64,000 nucleotides of DNA from an uncultured archaeon (GCA_964610875.1 CAZSWP010000002.1:52531-116530); one strand, 5' to 3'; shown: positions 40,926 to 51,396, numbered from the stretch's first letter. Numbers and translations: made by a program. Notes: generated from the letters alone by a model not told the origin.

Positions 40926-43900
40926 TCATTCGTTTATTAGAACTTCTGGAAGCCCTTTCATCTTCTGAACATCTTGAACCTCTTCACTTATCACTAAATA
41001 GCATGTGAGAATCGCAGATTCCTTAGGTTTGAGTACCTTTAGATGCGATATTTGAACCCTTTCAGCTTGCTCACCCCAATTACTGAATTCAAGGCTCTCC
41101 TTTCCTTTCAGAGTTGAGATTACACCCAAAACGGTCTTCTCATCTGGGTCTTCAAAAGCAACCCAACTTCTATCCATAGGAGCAACAGCATGCATCTCGT
41201 TTTCAGTAGGTTCATATTTTCGTATCCTCCCCTGATGAACTGCGTGTATTATTGGTTGAGAAGATTCACCCGGCTGAGGAAAGCCGTGAAATCCTGAATA
41301 GACTGTTTTTGTTATCTTACTTGTATTCGTAAGATTGATACTCGACCTCACAATAGGAATACCGGGAAGTATCATATACTGGACTTTTGCGGTCATTCCT
41401 TTGATGCCAGGACTGTGCTTGAATAGACTTTCCAATTCATAACCAATCCATGGGTCATCACGAATCTGTTTAATTGACCATTCCTCTTTTCTTAGGGCTG
41501 ATTCCCAATCCCATACTCCTGCCCCAACGAAATATGGAGTGACACCAGAATAAAACTTGTCCCACCATAGGAATGGACCATTATCTGGAAATCGATCCAG
41601 CAAAACACTAGCTTCATCAATCATTCCAAAGCGAGTCAGTGCGGCTCGATATTCAGGACATACTTCAATTGAATATTCACCACTCTCTAATACATAAGCA
41701 GTCATTTCTTCATGTGAGTCTTTTCTCAATATCTCATCGATGTTTTCATCATATGCAATAACTGTAAGTGGAGCCCTTACAATTCTACTCGGAAATTCGA
41801 TATAGGTTTCGCCACCATAATGCAACCATCCATCAGATTCCTGTTTAACTTGGAACCTAATCTTCTTTGAGAATGACTTCTGAAAACCAATCTCACCGAT
41901 TTCGAATTTAATTGATGGTTTCCCTTCTACAAGTAGACTCTCTGGAACAGAAATCTCAACACTTGCACTGGTTGGAGATTCGTGTGGAACTTCTATTATA
42001 ATCTCAACCTCGGACTCGCCTTTTGGAAGAATAATCGGGCTTTCAAGTTTGTATCTCTGCCCTGAAGTATTCACATAAGAAACGTCTAAATCAGGTTTGA
42101 ACTGAATTGAACCTTTTATCAGAGGTGTTTCACCTGTAAGACGCGCCCAGAGTGCTCGGACTTTTCTCCAAGATCCATCACTCACGAGCATACTGAGAAG
42201 CTTTTTCGTGTAACTCTCACCAGGGGTTAAATCGGGTATCTTGTATTCAAACCGAGACATACCCCACTGTCTTCTTGGACTCACTTCTACAAGGTCCTTG
42301 GAATCCCATACATATCCTATTAGCATCCCATTTCTATGGCCTTCAATCGCTGTCCACTCTTCATGGTAGTGCTCTGCTTTCTTTGGTAATTGTCTTCCAC
42401 CAGTCCATTCTCTTGACGTGAATGAATATATTTCACCATTTAGTGGAACATACATCTGTTTGCCATGGACCTGTAGCCATCCGCCAAGTCTTATGCCCAG
42501 ATTACTATGTGTATAAGGACCAGTATTCTCTACTTTCGTAGTAACATCAATGTGTTCTGTCCCAGCATGAATGCGGTATACTGTAGTCACTTTGAGGCCG
42601 AGGCGTTCTTTTGATTCACCTCTCAAGATGATTTCAGAATATCGTTCAGAGGATTGAAGATCTATGTCATACTGCATCCTATCCCATTCGCTTCCATTCG
42701 ATGGAAAGGGATATCCAATGTCCGGAAGCAGGCACCATCCACTTATGTAAGAGTCGAGAATTTTCGACTCAATTCTCGTGAACATATTGGGGACATACTT
42801 TGACATGATGGCACGGAAACTCTCACTCTCTAGGATGTACTCATCCTCAACCCCTTCGAATGCGTGGGAACCAGATATCCCAATCACAGGTATGTTGAGT
42901 GGTTTTTCCACTATCTTTGTCCTCTGGTCTTCTGATATTGAATAGATTGAGATGTTGCTCTCTAAAAGCTTAGATTTCGAAGAAGAGTCAGATTCCACCG
43001 TGAAAGCAATTTCAGTCCCACTATTCTCATTTATTGATACCTCCTCCTCAATAGGTTTGGAGATTCCATCTTTGGAGTGTGTAATCACTATTACTCCATT
43101 GAAAGTTGACTGCATGTTGTTCTCAAGAGATATACGGATCTCTTTTGATTCACCTGGAGTTAATGAAGGATGTTTTGGAAATGTACTGACTTTCACAGCA
43201 TGATTTGGAATTAGACCGCTGAATAGTGAGAACGATTTACCATTCAAAACTACAGACCACTCAACTTGACTGGTTGCTTTTTCATCAGCTAAACGAAGAC
43301 GATCAAGATGTCTTACACCAAAGGGGATTGAATATGTCCCAGTAATCACATGTTTCTCTCCCTTTGGAACCCTACCACTCAAAGCACCTCCAATTGATAA
43401 TCTGATATCATCTGATGTGTTTGTTGTGACCGTGTACGAAACATCATCTGTGGTGTTGTTCGATATTTGAAGTTCAACCGGAACTTCACCAATACCAATA
43501 TACCCAGTATGAATCTTTGGCCGTACATTTACTGCAATCCGTTCATCGTCAAGAAACTTTTCAAAACCACAAATACCCTTAGCTTCTCTATCAATAACAA
43601 CATCCAGATGATCACCGTTTTCTCCTTCGAAATGATATTTGAAAATACCAATCCCATCTTCAACGACATCATCAATTTCTTGTTTGATTTCTCGTTTTAG
43701 TGAATCATACCAGTAATACTTCTCGAAGAAGTCCTGAAACAACTCACAGTTCAGTATACTTGGTATGTGTGATTCCATCAGCACTCTAGTGCCTGGCACC
43801 CAATTGTAGCCTACTCTTTTGTACAGAGGCATTGCTTTTAGATTGCCTCCCCAAGTATGCAAGTCTAAACGTCGCTTTCCAGCCACAGCTGCTGTTTCTG

Positions 43901-44237
43901 CAGCTTCTATGAGGAGTGCCTTTCCAAACCCTTGACCTTGGTATGCTGGATCAACTCCAAGTAATCCAACGTATGCAGATTCTTCATTCATGAAACCATC
44001 CGCGACATTACAATGACCCACGATTTTCTCTTCAGTATGTGCAACAATGATTCGAATATTCTTGGTCTTCTTTAGGTCTTCTAGGACACGATCTGCTGTG
44101 TATGGATTTCCATGGGTGAACCCGCCAGGCCAAGAGCCTGAGTCATCAAAGGAATTGAAGCATGCTGCTAATTTTGCTGCATCTTCTTTTGTCGCTTTGA
44201 AATCTCGTACTTTGTCCTTTACATACTCTTGAGTCAT
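40926..44237 (-). CDS. Large N-terminal GNAT-domain protein (1103 aa)
   Basis: YVGLLGVDPAYQGQGFGK, LDLHTWGGNLKAMPLYKRVG; beta-rich C-terminal region unassigned. Confidence 0.8.
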   Translation of the reverse strand: MTQEYVKDKVRDFKATKEDAAKLAACFNSFDDSGSWPGGFTHGNPYTADRVLEDLKKTKNIRIIVAHTEEKIVGHCNVADGFMNEESAYVGLLGVDPAYQGQGFGKALLIEAAETAAVAGKRRLDLHTWGGNLKAMPLYKRVGYNWVPGTRVLMESHIPSILNCELFQDFFEKYYWYDSLKREIKQEIDDVVEDGIGIFKYHFEGENGDHLDVVIDREAKGICGFEKFLDDERIAVNVRPKIHTGYIGIGEVPVELQISNNTTDDVSYTVTTNTSDDIRLSIGGALSGRVPKGEKHVITGTYSIPFGVRHLDRLRLADEKATSQVEWSVVLNGKSFSLFSGLIPNHAVKVSTFPKHPSLTPGESKEIRISLENNMQSTFNGVIVITHSKDGISKPIEEEVSINENSGTEIAFTVESDSSSKSKLLESNISIYSISEDQRTKIVEKPLNIPVIGISGSHAFEGVEDEYILESESFRAIMSKYVPNMFTRIESKILDSYISGWCLLPDIGYPFPSNGSEWDRMQYDIDLQSSERYSEIILRGESKERLGLKVTTVYRIHAGTEHIDVTTKVENTGPYTHSNLGIRLGGWLQVHGKQMYVPLNGEIYSFTSREWTGGRQLPKKAEHYHEEWTAIEGHRNGMLIGYVWDSKDLVEVSPRRQWGMSRFEYKIPDLTPGESYTKKLLSMLVSDGSWRKVRALWARLTGETPLIKGSIQFKPDLDVSYVNTSGQRYKLESPIILPKGESEVEIIIEVPHESPTSASVEISVPESLLVEGKPSIKFEIGEIGFQKSFSKKIRFQVKQESDGWLHYGGETYIEFPSRIVRAPLTVIAYDENIDEILRKDSHEEMTAYVLESGEYSIEVCPEYRAALTRFGMIDEASVLLDRFPDNGPFLWWDKFYSGVTPYFVGAGVWDWESALRKEEWSIKQIRDDPWIGYELESLFKHSPGIKGMTAKVQYMILPGIPIVRSSINLTNTSKITKTVYSGFHGFPQPGESSQPIIHAVHQGRIRKYEPTENEMHAVAPMDRSWVAFEDPDEKTVLGVISTLKGKESLEFSNWGEQAERVQISHLKVLKPKESAILTCYLVISEEVQDVQKMKGLPEVLINE

Positions 44238-44345
44238 TGCTAACGTCTCCTAGAATAAAAGACAAGTTGTGCCCTCTTAGAATTAATATAAAATTTCGCT
44301 ACACCGCCATTAGAATAAAAGAACTTTAGACATTAAGGATGAAGT

Positions 44346-45719
44346 CTATTTACTTGCCAACACGACTCTTTGACATTCTTCAATATAACCTTGCATTCTC
44401 TTGAGTTTCTTATCAATGGATTCGGAACCAGCATGAATTGAAGTTTCGATTCGTTGCTGAATCTTATCAATATGCTTGTCAATTTGTTCAACTCTGCTTT
44501 CAAATCCCTTCTCAACTGCTAGTTCTCTAGCAATTGCAAAATTTTCAAGACCCTTCAGGAATTGTTGATTCTCGACATCTAAGAATCCTTTCAGTGTAAG
44601 AAGTTGAACTTGAGCTCCGATTGAGTTGTGTTTTCTAGCAATTTCTAAGGTTTGATCCAATCGGGTTTCCATCATTTCCAGATACTCATCTTCTTGAGTC
44701 AATCTATAGGTCTGTAGTTCCAGCTCTACAAGTTGGATCATAGAGAGAAGTTGATATTCAAATACTGCTCCGCGTTGTGATATCTCTAGACAGTTTGTGA
44801 ATTCGGATCTAGCAGTATGTAGGTTTCCTCTCTTCTGAGCCAAGAGTCCGGAATAGAATGCACATATACTGGTTGCATAATCCGAACCAAGATTCATCTG
44901 AACATCCCACATTTTCTCAACAAATTCTTGGCTCTCCTCAAATCTTTTTGTATTAGCTAGAATGCCTGACATAAGTCCTGTAATCTCCACATATACCAGA
45001 TCGAAGGTACGTAGTTCTTCGAATATCTCAACAGCAGTTCTGACTCGCCTTTCTGCTTCTTCGAAATCTTTCTTTGCTAATGCGACTGCACCCAAATTTC
45101 CCCAACAAAGTGCTTGTCCATAAGGGTCCCCCAGTTCTTTATCTTTCTCAAGAGATATCTGGTATAATCGTTCTGCTTCTTCATAGTCACCGCGGAAGCG
45201 ATGTACTTCTCCTAAATTGTTAAGAACTGCGCCTTCACCGACCAAATCATTCAATTCTCGATGCATTGTCAATGCTTGAGTATAGAATTCCAAACCTTGT
45301 TCATAGTCCCCACGTTCTGTAAAGGAGACACCCAGATTATTCATAGTACGGGCGATCCCTTCACGGTTTCCCACCTCTCTGAAAAACTCTAGTGCTTGCC
45401 TATAATGACTCTCAGCTTCTTTCGGAAATCCTTGGTCAATGAGAACATTACCCAAGTAACGTACAGCCTCTCCACCAAGGGATTTGAAGTCGTGTTTCAC
45501 TCCAAGATTCTTTGCCAGCTCAAGAGCACTCTGTGCTGATTCATACTTACCTCGATGCCAGTGGAGTTGACCAAGACATACAAGAGATTCAATATACAAG
45601 GGAGAATTCTCTGGTTCTTCAGCAATGATTTGATTTAGACTCTCAAGTGCTCTATCATACTCTCCAGTAAGAATATCATTTTTAGCCTGTTCAAGCTGTT
45701 TAGAGAGTCCTGGATTCAT
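44346..45719 (-). CDS. Tetratricopeptide repeat protein (MalT/TPR_12-like)
   Basis: Repeats such as NNLG..F..RGDYE..L..Y..AL...RE. Confidence 0.88.
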   Translation of the reverse strand: MNPGLSKQLEQAKNDILTGEYDRALESLNQIIAEEPENSPLYIESLVCLGQLHWHRGKYESAQSALELAKNLGVKHDFKSLGGEAVRYLGNVLIDQGFPKEAESHYRQALEFFREVGNREGIARTMNNLGVSFTERGDYEQGLEFYTQALTMHRELNDLVGEGAVLNNLGEVHRFRGDYEEAERLYQISLEKDKELGDPYGQALCWGNLGAVALAKKDFEEAERRVRTAVEIFEELRTFDLVYVEITGLMSGILANTKRFEESQEFVEKMWDVQMNLGSDYATSICAFYSGLLAQKRGNLHTARSEFTNCLEISQRGAVFEYQLLSMIQLVELELQTYRLTQEDEYLEMMETRLDQTLEIARKHNSIGAQVQLLTLKGFLDVENQQFLKGLENFAIARELAVEKGFESRVEQIDKHIDKIQQRIETSIHAGSESIDKKLKRMQGYIEECQRVVLASK

Positions 45720-45860
45720 CGTTATCACAGTATGATGTACAACCACTTGAAAGTTGTGTGCAGTGTGTTATTTTTTCTTATGTGTATTGAACTTAATGAA
45801 TCTATATGATTCTGTAGATATATTTCTAGGTGTGACAAAGTCGTCCTTAAAAATAGTAGA

Positions 45861-45889
45861 AGGCAGCGGTCATGATAACCACTGCTCCT
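45861..45889 (-). terminator. Putative hairpin terminator after the surface protein gene
   Basis: Imperfect stem GCAGCGGT...ACCACTGC just past the stop, followed by a T-rich tract on the minus strand. Confidence 0.4.
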
Positions 45890-45893
45890 TAAT

Positions 45894-47291
45894 TTAATCC
45901 CTACGTCTACAGACCATCACAAGTCCAATGACGACCACTGCAATTATGCCGAGTATCACAATTCCACCAAGCCCGTCACCATCAGTTGGTGGTATCCCAG
46001 TATCAGTTGTTGATGTGGGTTCTTCGATGACATTAGTGTATGCTGTGTAGGTTGGATCTTGTTGAACTCGATATCCATTCCACTCTGGGAATGTTACAGC
46101 ATACCACCACTGGCTGTCATGGAAAGCTGTTTCAGAATTATCTACAAGTGCTTCCACATCAGAATACGTGTTCCGTATTCGTGGAGATAGGTAGTATGCC
46201 ATATGTGAGAACAAGAAGGCAGAAATCGGAGCTTGCCATCCCACTAGTGCAAAATCACCTTTCTCTGCGGCTAACAGTGAATTAAGAGCAGTTTCACTCT
46301 CAGAGATTGTTGTCCACGGGTCAGTTGATTCATTGATAAGACTATATTCTCGTCCTAGTCCAATATCAAAAGCACGTTCATTACTACTACCTACTTGGAT
46401 GGTAATATTATCTGTCATTGGTGTTGTGCTTGTTGGTGGTTGTAGCTGGTTGCCGGTCGCATTATTGGCAACACGATAATTGCTTGTAAAGACCGAGAGA
46501 TAGTGTACCGCACTCACACAGAATGTTTCATTGATCAGATCTCTGGGTTCGGCTTCAAACAGACCAAGCCATTTTGCTCGTGTGACCTGTCCGATTGTAT
46601 ACAGAGTTTCAGCATGAACCTGACCTGTTTCTGTATCTATGTAGACATCGTACTGAACGACAAGTTCGCTTATCAAGCAAGTCAAGATAGGCAATAAGAG
46701 AGTTGCAATGAATCCACCAATTGAATCTGTAGCGACAATTCGTACTGACATGTTTGTATACCGCATCCCGAAGCGATAGTGATTATCTCCAATCTTCGAG
46801 ACAGGGATTGCTTCCACTCCAGGTGTTACATCATTCCATGGTACACCTGTTGACATTGGAACACATATCCATGTATCTTCATTCCCAACATCAGGTAAGT
46901 TATTGCCACCAAAACTCTCATTGTGAACTAGTAGGAATGCGAAAATAGCTCCAATGAAGACTTCTTGATCTTCAGGGGTAGTGTAGTGCATTCCAAACAA
47001 TTGGTATGGGAGTTGGAACTCTTTGCTATCATTGGTCACGATTTTGTTGAAAGCTAACAGGAATGCCTGGAAATCATCTACTCCAACATAGGATGCAGTG
47101 AATGATGCATTTCCTTTCTGTGTAGCCACTTCAATCGAATCATTAGTCCAATATTCTTCTGTGAAGGTATGACCAAATATTTCAGCTTCATCACCGGGTT
47201 CATACCCAGAAGCGAGTGGTATCGCTGCTAGCGGCAGCAGCAGTAGCATCACGACCCAGCAAGTAAATACCAGTTTTTTCCACGCGTGCAA
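45894..47291 (-). CDS. Secreted, C-terminally membrane-anchored surface glycoprotein
   Basis: Signal peptide, NxS/T sequons, Thr/Pro linker, C-terminal TM followed by RRRD. Confidence 0.75.
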   Translation of the reverse strand: MHAWKKLVFTCWVVMLLLLPLAAIPLASGYEPGDEAEIFGHTFTEEYWTNDSIEVATQKGNASFTASYVGVDDFQAFLLAFNKIVTNDSKEFQLPYQLFGMHYTTPEDQEVFIGAIFAFLLVHNESFGGNNLPDVGNEDTWICVPMSTGVPWNDVTPGVEAIPVSKIGDNHYRFGMRYTNMSVRIVATDSIGGFIATLLLPILTCLISELVVQYDVYIDTETGQVHAETLYTIGQVTRAKWLGLFEAEPRDLINETFCVSAVHYLSVFTSNYRVANNATGNQLQPPTSTTPMTDNITIQVGSSNERAFDIGLGREYSLINESTDPWTTISESETALNSLLAAEKGDFALVGWQAPISAFLFSHMAYYLSPRIRNTYSDVEALVDNSETAFHDSQWWYAVTFPEWNGYRVQQDPTYTAYTNVIEEPTSTTDTGIPPTDGDGLGGIVILGIIAVVVIGLVMVCRRRD

Positions 47292-47394
47292 TGTATAATC
47301 CTCACATCATATGGGTTGGTGGCGTATTAAAACAAATGTAGGATTCATCCATTAGGATTTGGGCTGTTTATATCTGCATAAGATGACGAAAGTA

Positions 47395-47479
47395 TGGAGC
47401 AATTCCTGTTGATTCATGTGTCTCAGTGATGATCTCCCAATTCGTCTTGTGATAGTGTGTCTTGCTGTGAATTGCTCCA
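47395..47479 (+). ncRNA. Candidate small structured RNA or cis-acting hairpin
   Basis: Perfect 11-bp inverted repeat TGGAGCAATTC...GAATTGCTCCA; TTTATAT box at 47367-47373. Confidence 0.3.
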
Positions 47480-47553
47480 CTATTTTAGCTCAACCAATGC
47501 ATGTTTATAAGCAAAAAGACAGGAAAGCATCTCACCTGAAGGGAGTAGAGTGG

Positions 47554-48174
47554 ATGATTCAACAAGTGAGAGGAACCATAACAAACATTGAGCAGTATCC
47601 GGACTATTCAATTCTTACTGTGAAGACCGATACTGGAGACCTTGTCTTCATACGTTACTCTCAGGGTACTGTAGGCTACTCACCAATTTTGGGTGAACGT
47701 TACGAGATTAGTTACAGAGTAGTAGAGAATACACTTGTAGCATTGGAGGTCGCAAAGCCATTTACTCCCACATATTCTTCACAGAGAATGGAAGGTCCTG
47801 AATTAGTTGGAGAATTCACAGGTGCCGAGAGTGATACCGATTACGAGAGAAGAATGAGAAGTGAAGGAGTAAGACCAACAGGCATCTCATTCATTGTTGT
47901 AATCTTCATTCTAGGGGGACTATTTCTCGGTCTAATTGGCTCACTCTTTTTGCTACTACCAGCATTTTTGGGCCATATCGGAATCTTATTCGTTTCAGCT
48001 GCTGGCATTGCAGGGGTTCTATCATATGGTCTCTGGCAATACAAGTCGTGGGCACGCCTGGGTGCCATTATTGCCGGAGCCTTGATCAGCCTGACAATAG
48101 TCGGTGCAATCCTTGGAATACCGATTATCATCTATATGCTACAAGACAAAATCAAAGAACTCTACACAGAATGA
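47554..48174 (+). CDS. Membrane protein with N-terminal OB-fold-like segment
   Basis: VRGTITNIE..ILTV.. beta-rich N-terminus; 3-4 C-terminal TM helices (GLWQYKSWAR). Confidence 0.65.
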   Translation: MIQQVRGTITNIEQYPDYSILTVKTDTGDLVFIRYSQGTVGYSPILGERYEISYRVVENTLVALEVAKPFTPTYSSQRMEGPELVGEFTGAESDTDYERRMRSEGVRPTGISFIVVIFILGGLFLGLIGSLFLLLPAFLGHIGILFVSAAGIAGVLSYGLWQYKSWARLGAIIAGALISLTIVGAILGIPIIIYMLQDKIKELYTE

Positions 48175-48220
48175 TTACTGATTTTCATAGTATTCTAAGA
48201 AAAAGTCGCTCTGAAGCCAA

Positions 48221-48410
48221 GGGTTGAGGGCAGCTACAAAAATCCAGGACAAAGATGGACACGTTGTGAAGTAGCTTATATCCTTCGATACGAAATGCTA
48301 TCATAGGTCATCTCACACCTGTATGCTGACCCCACGTAGTTCCGTTCCAGTGCCGGTCTTGGACAGACAAAGCTCCGGTGTCCAGATTTGTCTAGCTCAC
48401 AATGAACGGT
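48221..48410 (+). mobile_element. ~187-bp non-coding GGT-bounded element (intergenic copy)
   Basis: Last 45 nt are 40/45 identical to 58992-59036; same left-end architecture; GGT-to-GGT spacing 186 versus 187; CTTATAT at the same offset. Confidence 0.8.
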
Positions 48411-48460
48411 AATTGGCGTTATGCGAAAAGAACTTCAATAGTTCTAGAACTGCCCAGACT

Positions 48461-49651
48461 ATGATTCGGGTAAGAGAAGCACGAAATGAAGATCGAGAGT
48501 CTGCTATTCGTGTCTTATGGAAAGCATTTGAATCCACTCAGTCATTTGAGGATATTCTCAAACAAGAATGGATTAAGAGATGGCATCAGCCGGAGGATAA
48601 TGACTGGGCATATGTTGCTGTTGACAGCGACAAAGTAGTTGCGAACCTTTGTTTCTTCAAGACTGATAGAAACATAATCAGAGGTCGGCCAATCCCTTTT
48701 GCAGGAGTCTGGGCTGTTGCAACAGACCCAGCGTATCGTAGAAAGGGTATAGTGAGAGATCTATTCCAACATGTATTCCCAATAATGAGAAACCTCGAAA
48801 TACCTCTGACAATTCTTGATCCATTCAACAGACCATTTTATGAAAAGTTTGGATATGCTTTAGCAGAGAGAAGAACCAAACATGTTTTCAAACAGAATGC
48901 ACTTAGAGCCGTGACCCCATCCGGTAGAATCACTTCTCGAGAAATCACGAATGAAAAGGATGTTGACAAAATACTTGAAGTAGAGAAAACAATGGCACGC
49001 TTTGGATCCAGATTCTTCCAATTCCGGAGAGAATATGTGAGGATGATAAAAGAGAATCACTTCTATCTCCTGGAAAAAGGACCAAAACCTGTCGGAACTG
49101 TCAAGTTCTGGTTCGATAAGGCAGAGAGAGGTTTCAAACTAATTGCAGGTATTCTTCGATATACTACTGATGAAGCACTGCCATCAATAATCGAACTAGT
49201 AAGAAACCATGGAGTAAATGCAAAAGAAATCTCATTATGGGCAGATACGGAAACTCCCGTCAGACATTTCATTGATGACATCCATAAAACGGATTCGTTC
49301 CAGATAGGCTCGATGATGATGCGTGTTATCGATTTCGAATCATATTGCAGGTCTATTTCAGTTCCAAAAGATGCCACAGAAACAGTTACTATCGAACTAA
49401 AGGACAATATGTGTGAATGGAATAATGGGGTCTATGCTATAACTCCCAACGGTGAGTCACTTGATGTAGTAAGAAATAGTAGTGATGCCGAAATAATTCT
49501 TGATGCATTGCAACTATCAAAGGTTATTGCTGGGCAAGTACCGCCCATAATGCTGGAACAGTTCAATGAGATATCATGCAGTAAAGAAACCGCACGAAAT
49601 TTGGAAGCCATATTCCCGTCCGATAATTTCGTGTCCTACTGTAGATTTTGA
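48461..49651 (+). CDS. Eis-like GNAT acetyltransferase with C-terminal SCP2-like domain
   Basis: VATDPAYRRKG, L.PF...FYEKFGY, MMRVIDF, DNMCEWNNG. Confidence 0.88.
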   Translation: MIRVREARNEDRESAIRVLWKAFESTQSFEDILKQEWIKRWHQPEDNDWAYVAVDSDKVVANLCFFKTDRNIIRGRPIPFAGVWAVATDPAYRRKGIVRDLFQHVFPIMRNLEIPLTILDPFNRPFYEKFGYALAERRTKHVFKQNALRAVTPSGRITSREITNEKDVDKILEVEKTMARFGSRFFQFRREYVRMIKENHFYLLEKGPKPVGTVKFWFDKAERGFKLIAGILRYTTDEALPSIIELVRNHGVNAKEISLWADTETPVRHFIDDIHKTDSFQIGSMMMRVIDFESYCRSISVPKDATETVTIELKDNMCEWNNGVYAITPNGESLDVVRNSSDAEIILDALQLSKVIAGQVPPIMLEQFNEISCSKETARNLEAIFPSDNFVSYCRF

Positions 49652-49725
49652 ACCTGTCAAATTATGGTTCGAGCGCTGGCAAGTCTTAATACGAACCAAT
49701 GCTTTGGTTACTGCGACTGTTTAGA

Positions 49726-50262
49726 ATGAGTGAACATGCAATGGCACATCAAGATGATATGATACCGAAAGAAGAAGCAGAGAAGGGCACTAAGGGGGCA
49801 TTATCAAGACTTGCTCTACTCCATCTCTCCTATGCAAAGATATTGGTAGATGCGTTTGGTGAAGAAAAGGGCAAGGACATGATTGCCAAAGCGATAATTG
49901 ACTATGGACAGCGGATACATGAACGGGTTGAAAAAGGATTGCCAGACTTACCGAGTTTTGGCCTATATGATGATTATGGCATAAATGAAGAGGGGAAACA
50001 GTTTGCACACGGTTGCACATTAGCAAAGGTGTTCAAAGAACAGAATGCACTCGACCTTGGTCACATGTATTGTTATGTAGATGCTGCAAAGATGATGGCT
50101 ATGGAACTTGGTGGAAAAACGATTCATGAAAAATGTGAAGCATGTGGTGATGATGAGTGCATTCTGGTTATAGTACAGACTACAGAGGAAGAACGAGAAG
50201 CTTTTGCTAATAAAACAGGAGATTGGAGAGAGGTCGATCCCAGGCTCTTTAAATTCAAATAG
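49726..50262 (+). CDS. ATC-hydrolase-like (L-2-amino-thiazoline-4-carboxylate hydrolase family) protein
   Basis: FGEEKG...I.KAI..YG, C.LAK.F......LG..YCYVD, GDDEC. Confidence 0.7.
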   Translation: MSEHAMAHQDDMIPKEEAEKGTKGALSRLALLHLSYAKILVDAFGEEKGKDMIAKAIIDYGQRIHERVEKGLPDLPSFGLYDDYGINEEGKQFAHGCTLAKVFKEQNALDLGHMYCYVDAAKMMAMELGGKTIHEKCEACGDDECILVIVQTTEEEREAFANKTGDWREVDPRLFKFK

Positions 50263-50401
50263 ATGTAAGACCAACCATTCAATTGCCACATCTATTAGCA
50301 AGATTCACCTTCAAGAATTGAAGTACTCGATTGAGAATTCTTATATTAATTCAGGAAGTAATCAAGACAAGAAGTCAATTCTTAGGAGTTTCGTATTGCC
50401 C

Positions 50402-50632
50402 ATGAAAGAGATAATACTGGAGAAGCTCCTCACCTCTTTCTTTATTCTTTCCTACGCCTTCTCTTGGATAATCCGGATTCCATTACTCATCGTATATTTT
50501 CAAGATCCAGTTTCATTCCAAATGTCGTCGTTTCTACTCATTGGATTCTTGTGGTTGTCGTCATTCTCATTTTTGGAAAAGAATGATTATCTAGGAAACC
50601 CGATATTGATGAGGTGCATTAAAAAGGAATGA
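50402..50632 (+). pseudogene. Possible remnant of a CPBP/Abi membrane protease N-terminus
   Basis: LTSFFILSYAFSWIIRIPLL resembles CPBP TM1; no EExxxR catalytic region follows. Confidence 0.3.
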
Positions 50633-50653
50633 CTAATTGCAGATGAGATTGCT

Positions 50654-51313
50654 ATGACATCAGAAGATGCTTCCAATCAAAATACAACTGATAACAATGA
50701 GGACACAAGTCTTCTTCGTCGCTTGGAGGAAGAGCTTGTTCTCACAGGCCGCTATAAGATAGCCAGGCTCTATGTCACCGAAGAGGTCTTTGATGCAATA
50801 TTACCTATTTTGGGTATCATCTTAGCCGGGTACATCGCAGCACATATGCAGGAACTGTTTATTGTATTTGAGACAACGCTTCTTGCGGCAGTGGGAGCTA
50901 GCATCGCCCACCTCATCTCAGGAATGTCAGGCACATATCTTGTAGAGCATGCAGAAGGAAAACAATTGATTGAGGAGATGATGAAATCTAAAGACGCGCA
51001 CTTGAGTCGTTCTATAATCATCACCGCAGAACATGAAACGACAATGCTTCTTTCAATACTTAAGGGAGCAGTCCCTGCCGGGAGTGTGATACTGGTCATA
51101 AGCCCGATGTTCTTTGCCTTATTTGGTCTCATCGATTATATCCGCTCATTCATTCTTTCGGCAATGATTGGTCTGGGAATTCTGTTCCTTCTCGGTGTGT
51201 TCCTTGGCAAGATCTCAAAGACAAATGTCTGGGTAAGCGGTCTCAAGACACTCTTTGCAGGCCTTTTAATGTGCTCCATTCTGATTGTAATCTCTCTGCT
51301 GACAGGCGCTTGA
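50654..51313 (+). CDS. VIT1/CCC1-like membrane protein (TIGR00267-like)
   Basis: R.YV....FDAIL..LGII, ISG.SGTYL.E.AE, LFLLGVFLGKISK.N...SG. Confidence 0.8.
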   Translation: MTSEDASNQNTTDNNEDTSLLRRLEEELVLTGRYKIARLYVTEEVFDAILPILGIILAGYIAAHMQELFIVFETTLLAAVGASIAHLISGMSGTYLVEHAEGKQLIEEMMKSKDAHLSRSIIITAEHETTMLLSILKGAVPAGSVILVISPMFFALFGLIDYIRSFILSAMIGLGILFLLGVFLGKISKTNVWVSGLKTLFAGLLMCSILIVISLLTGA

Positions 51314-51396
51314 TGCATGGATTATTAGATTGATTCATCGTTGAAAACAGAATAAATTCCGAAATAACACCTCAATGTTTGGTAAGCGTAGCTACG

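Noticed and set aside
50204-50401. 5' part of the 142-aa ORF
   Set aside because: Overlaps the previous gene and AT-rich intergenic DNA; only the 3' hydrophobic part looks gene-derived.
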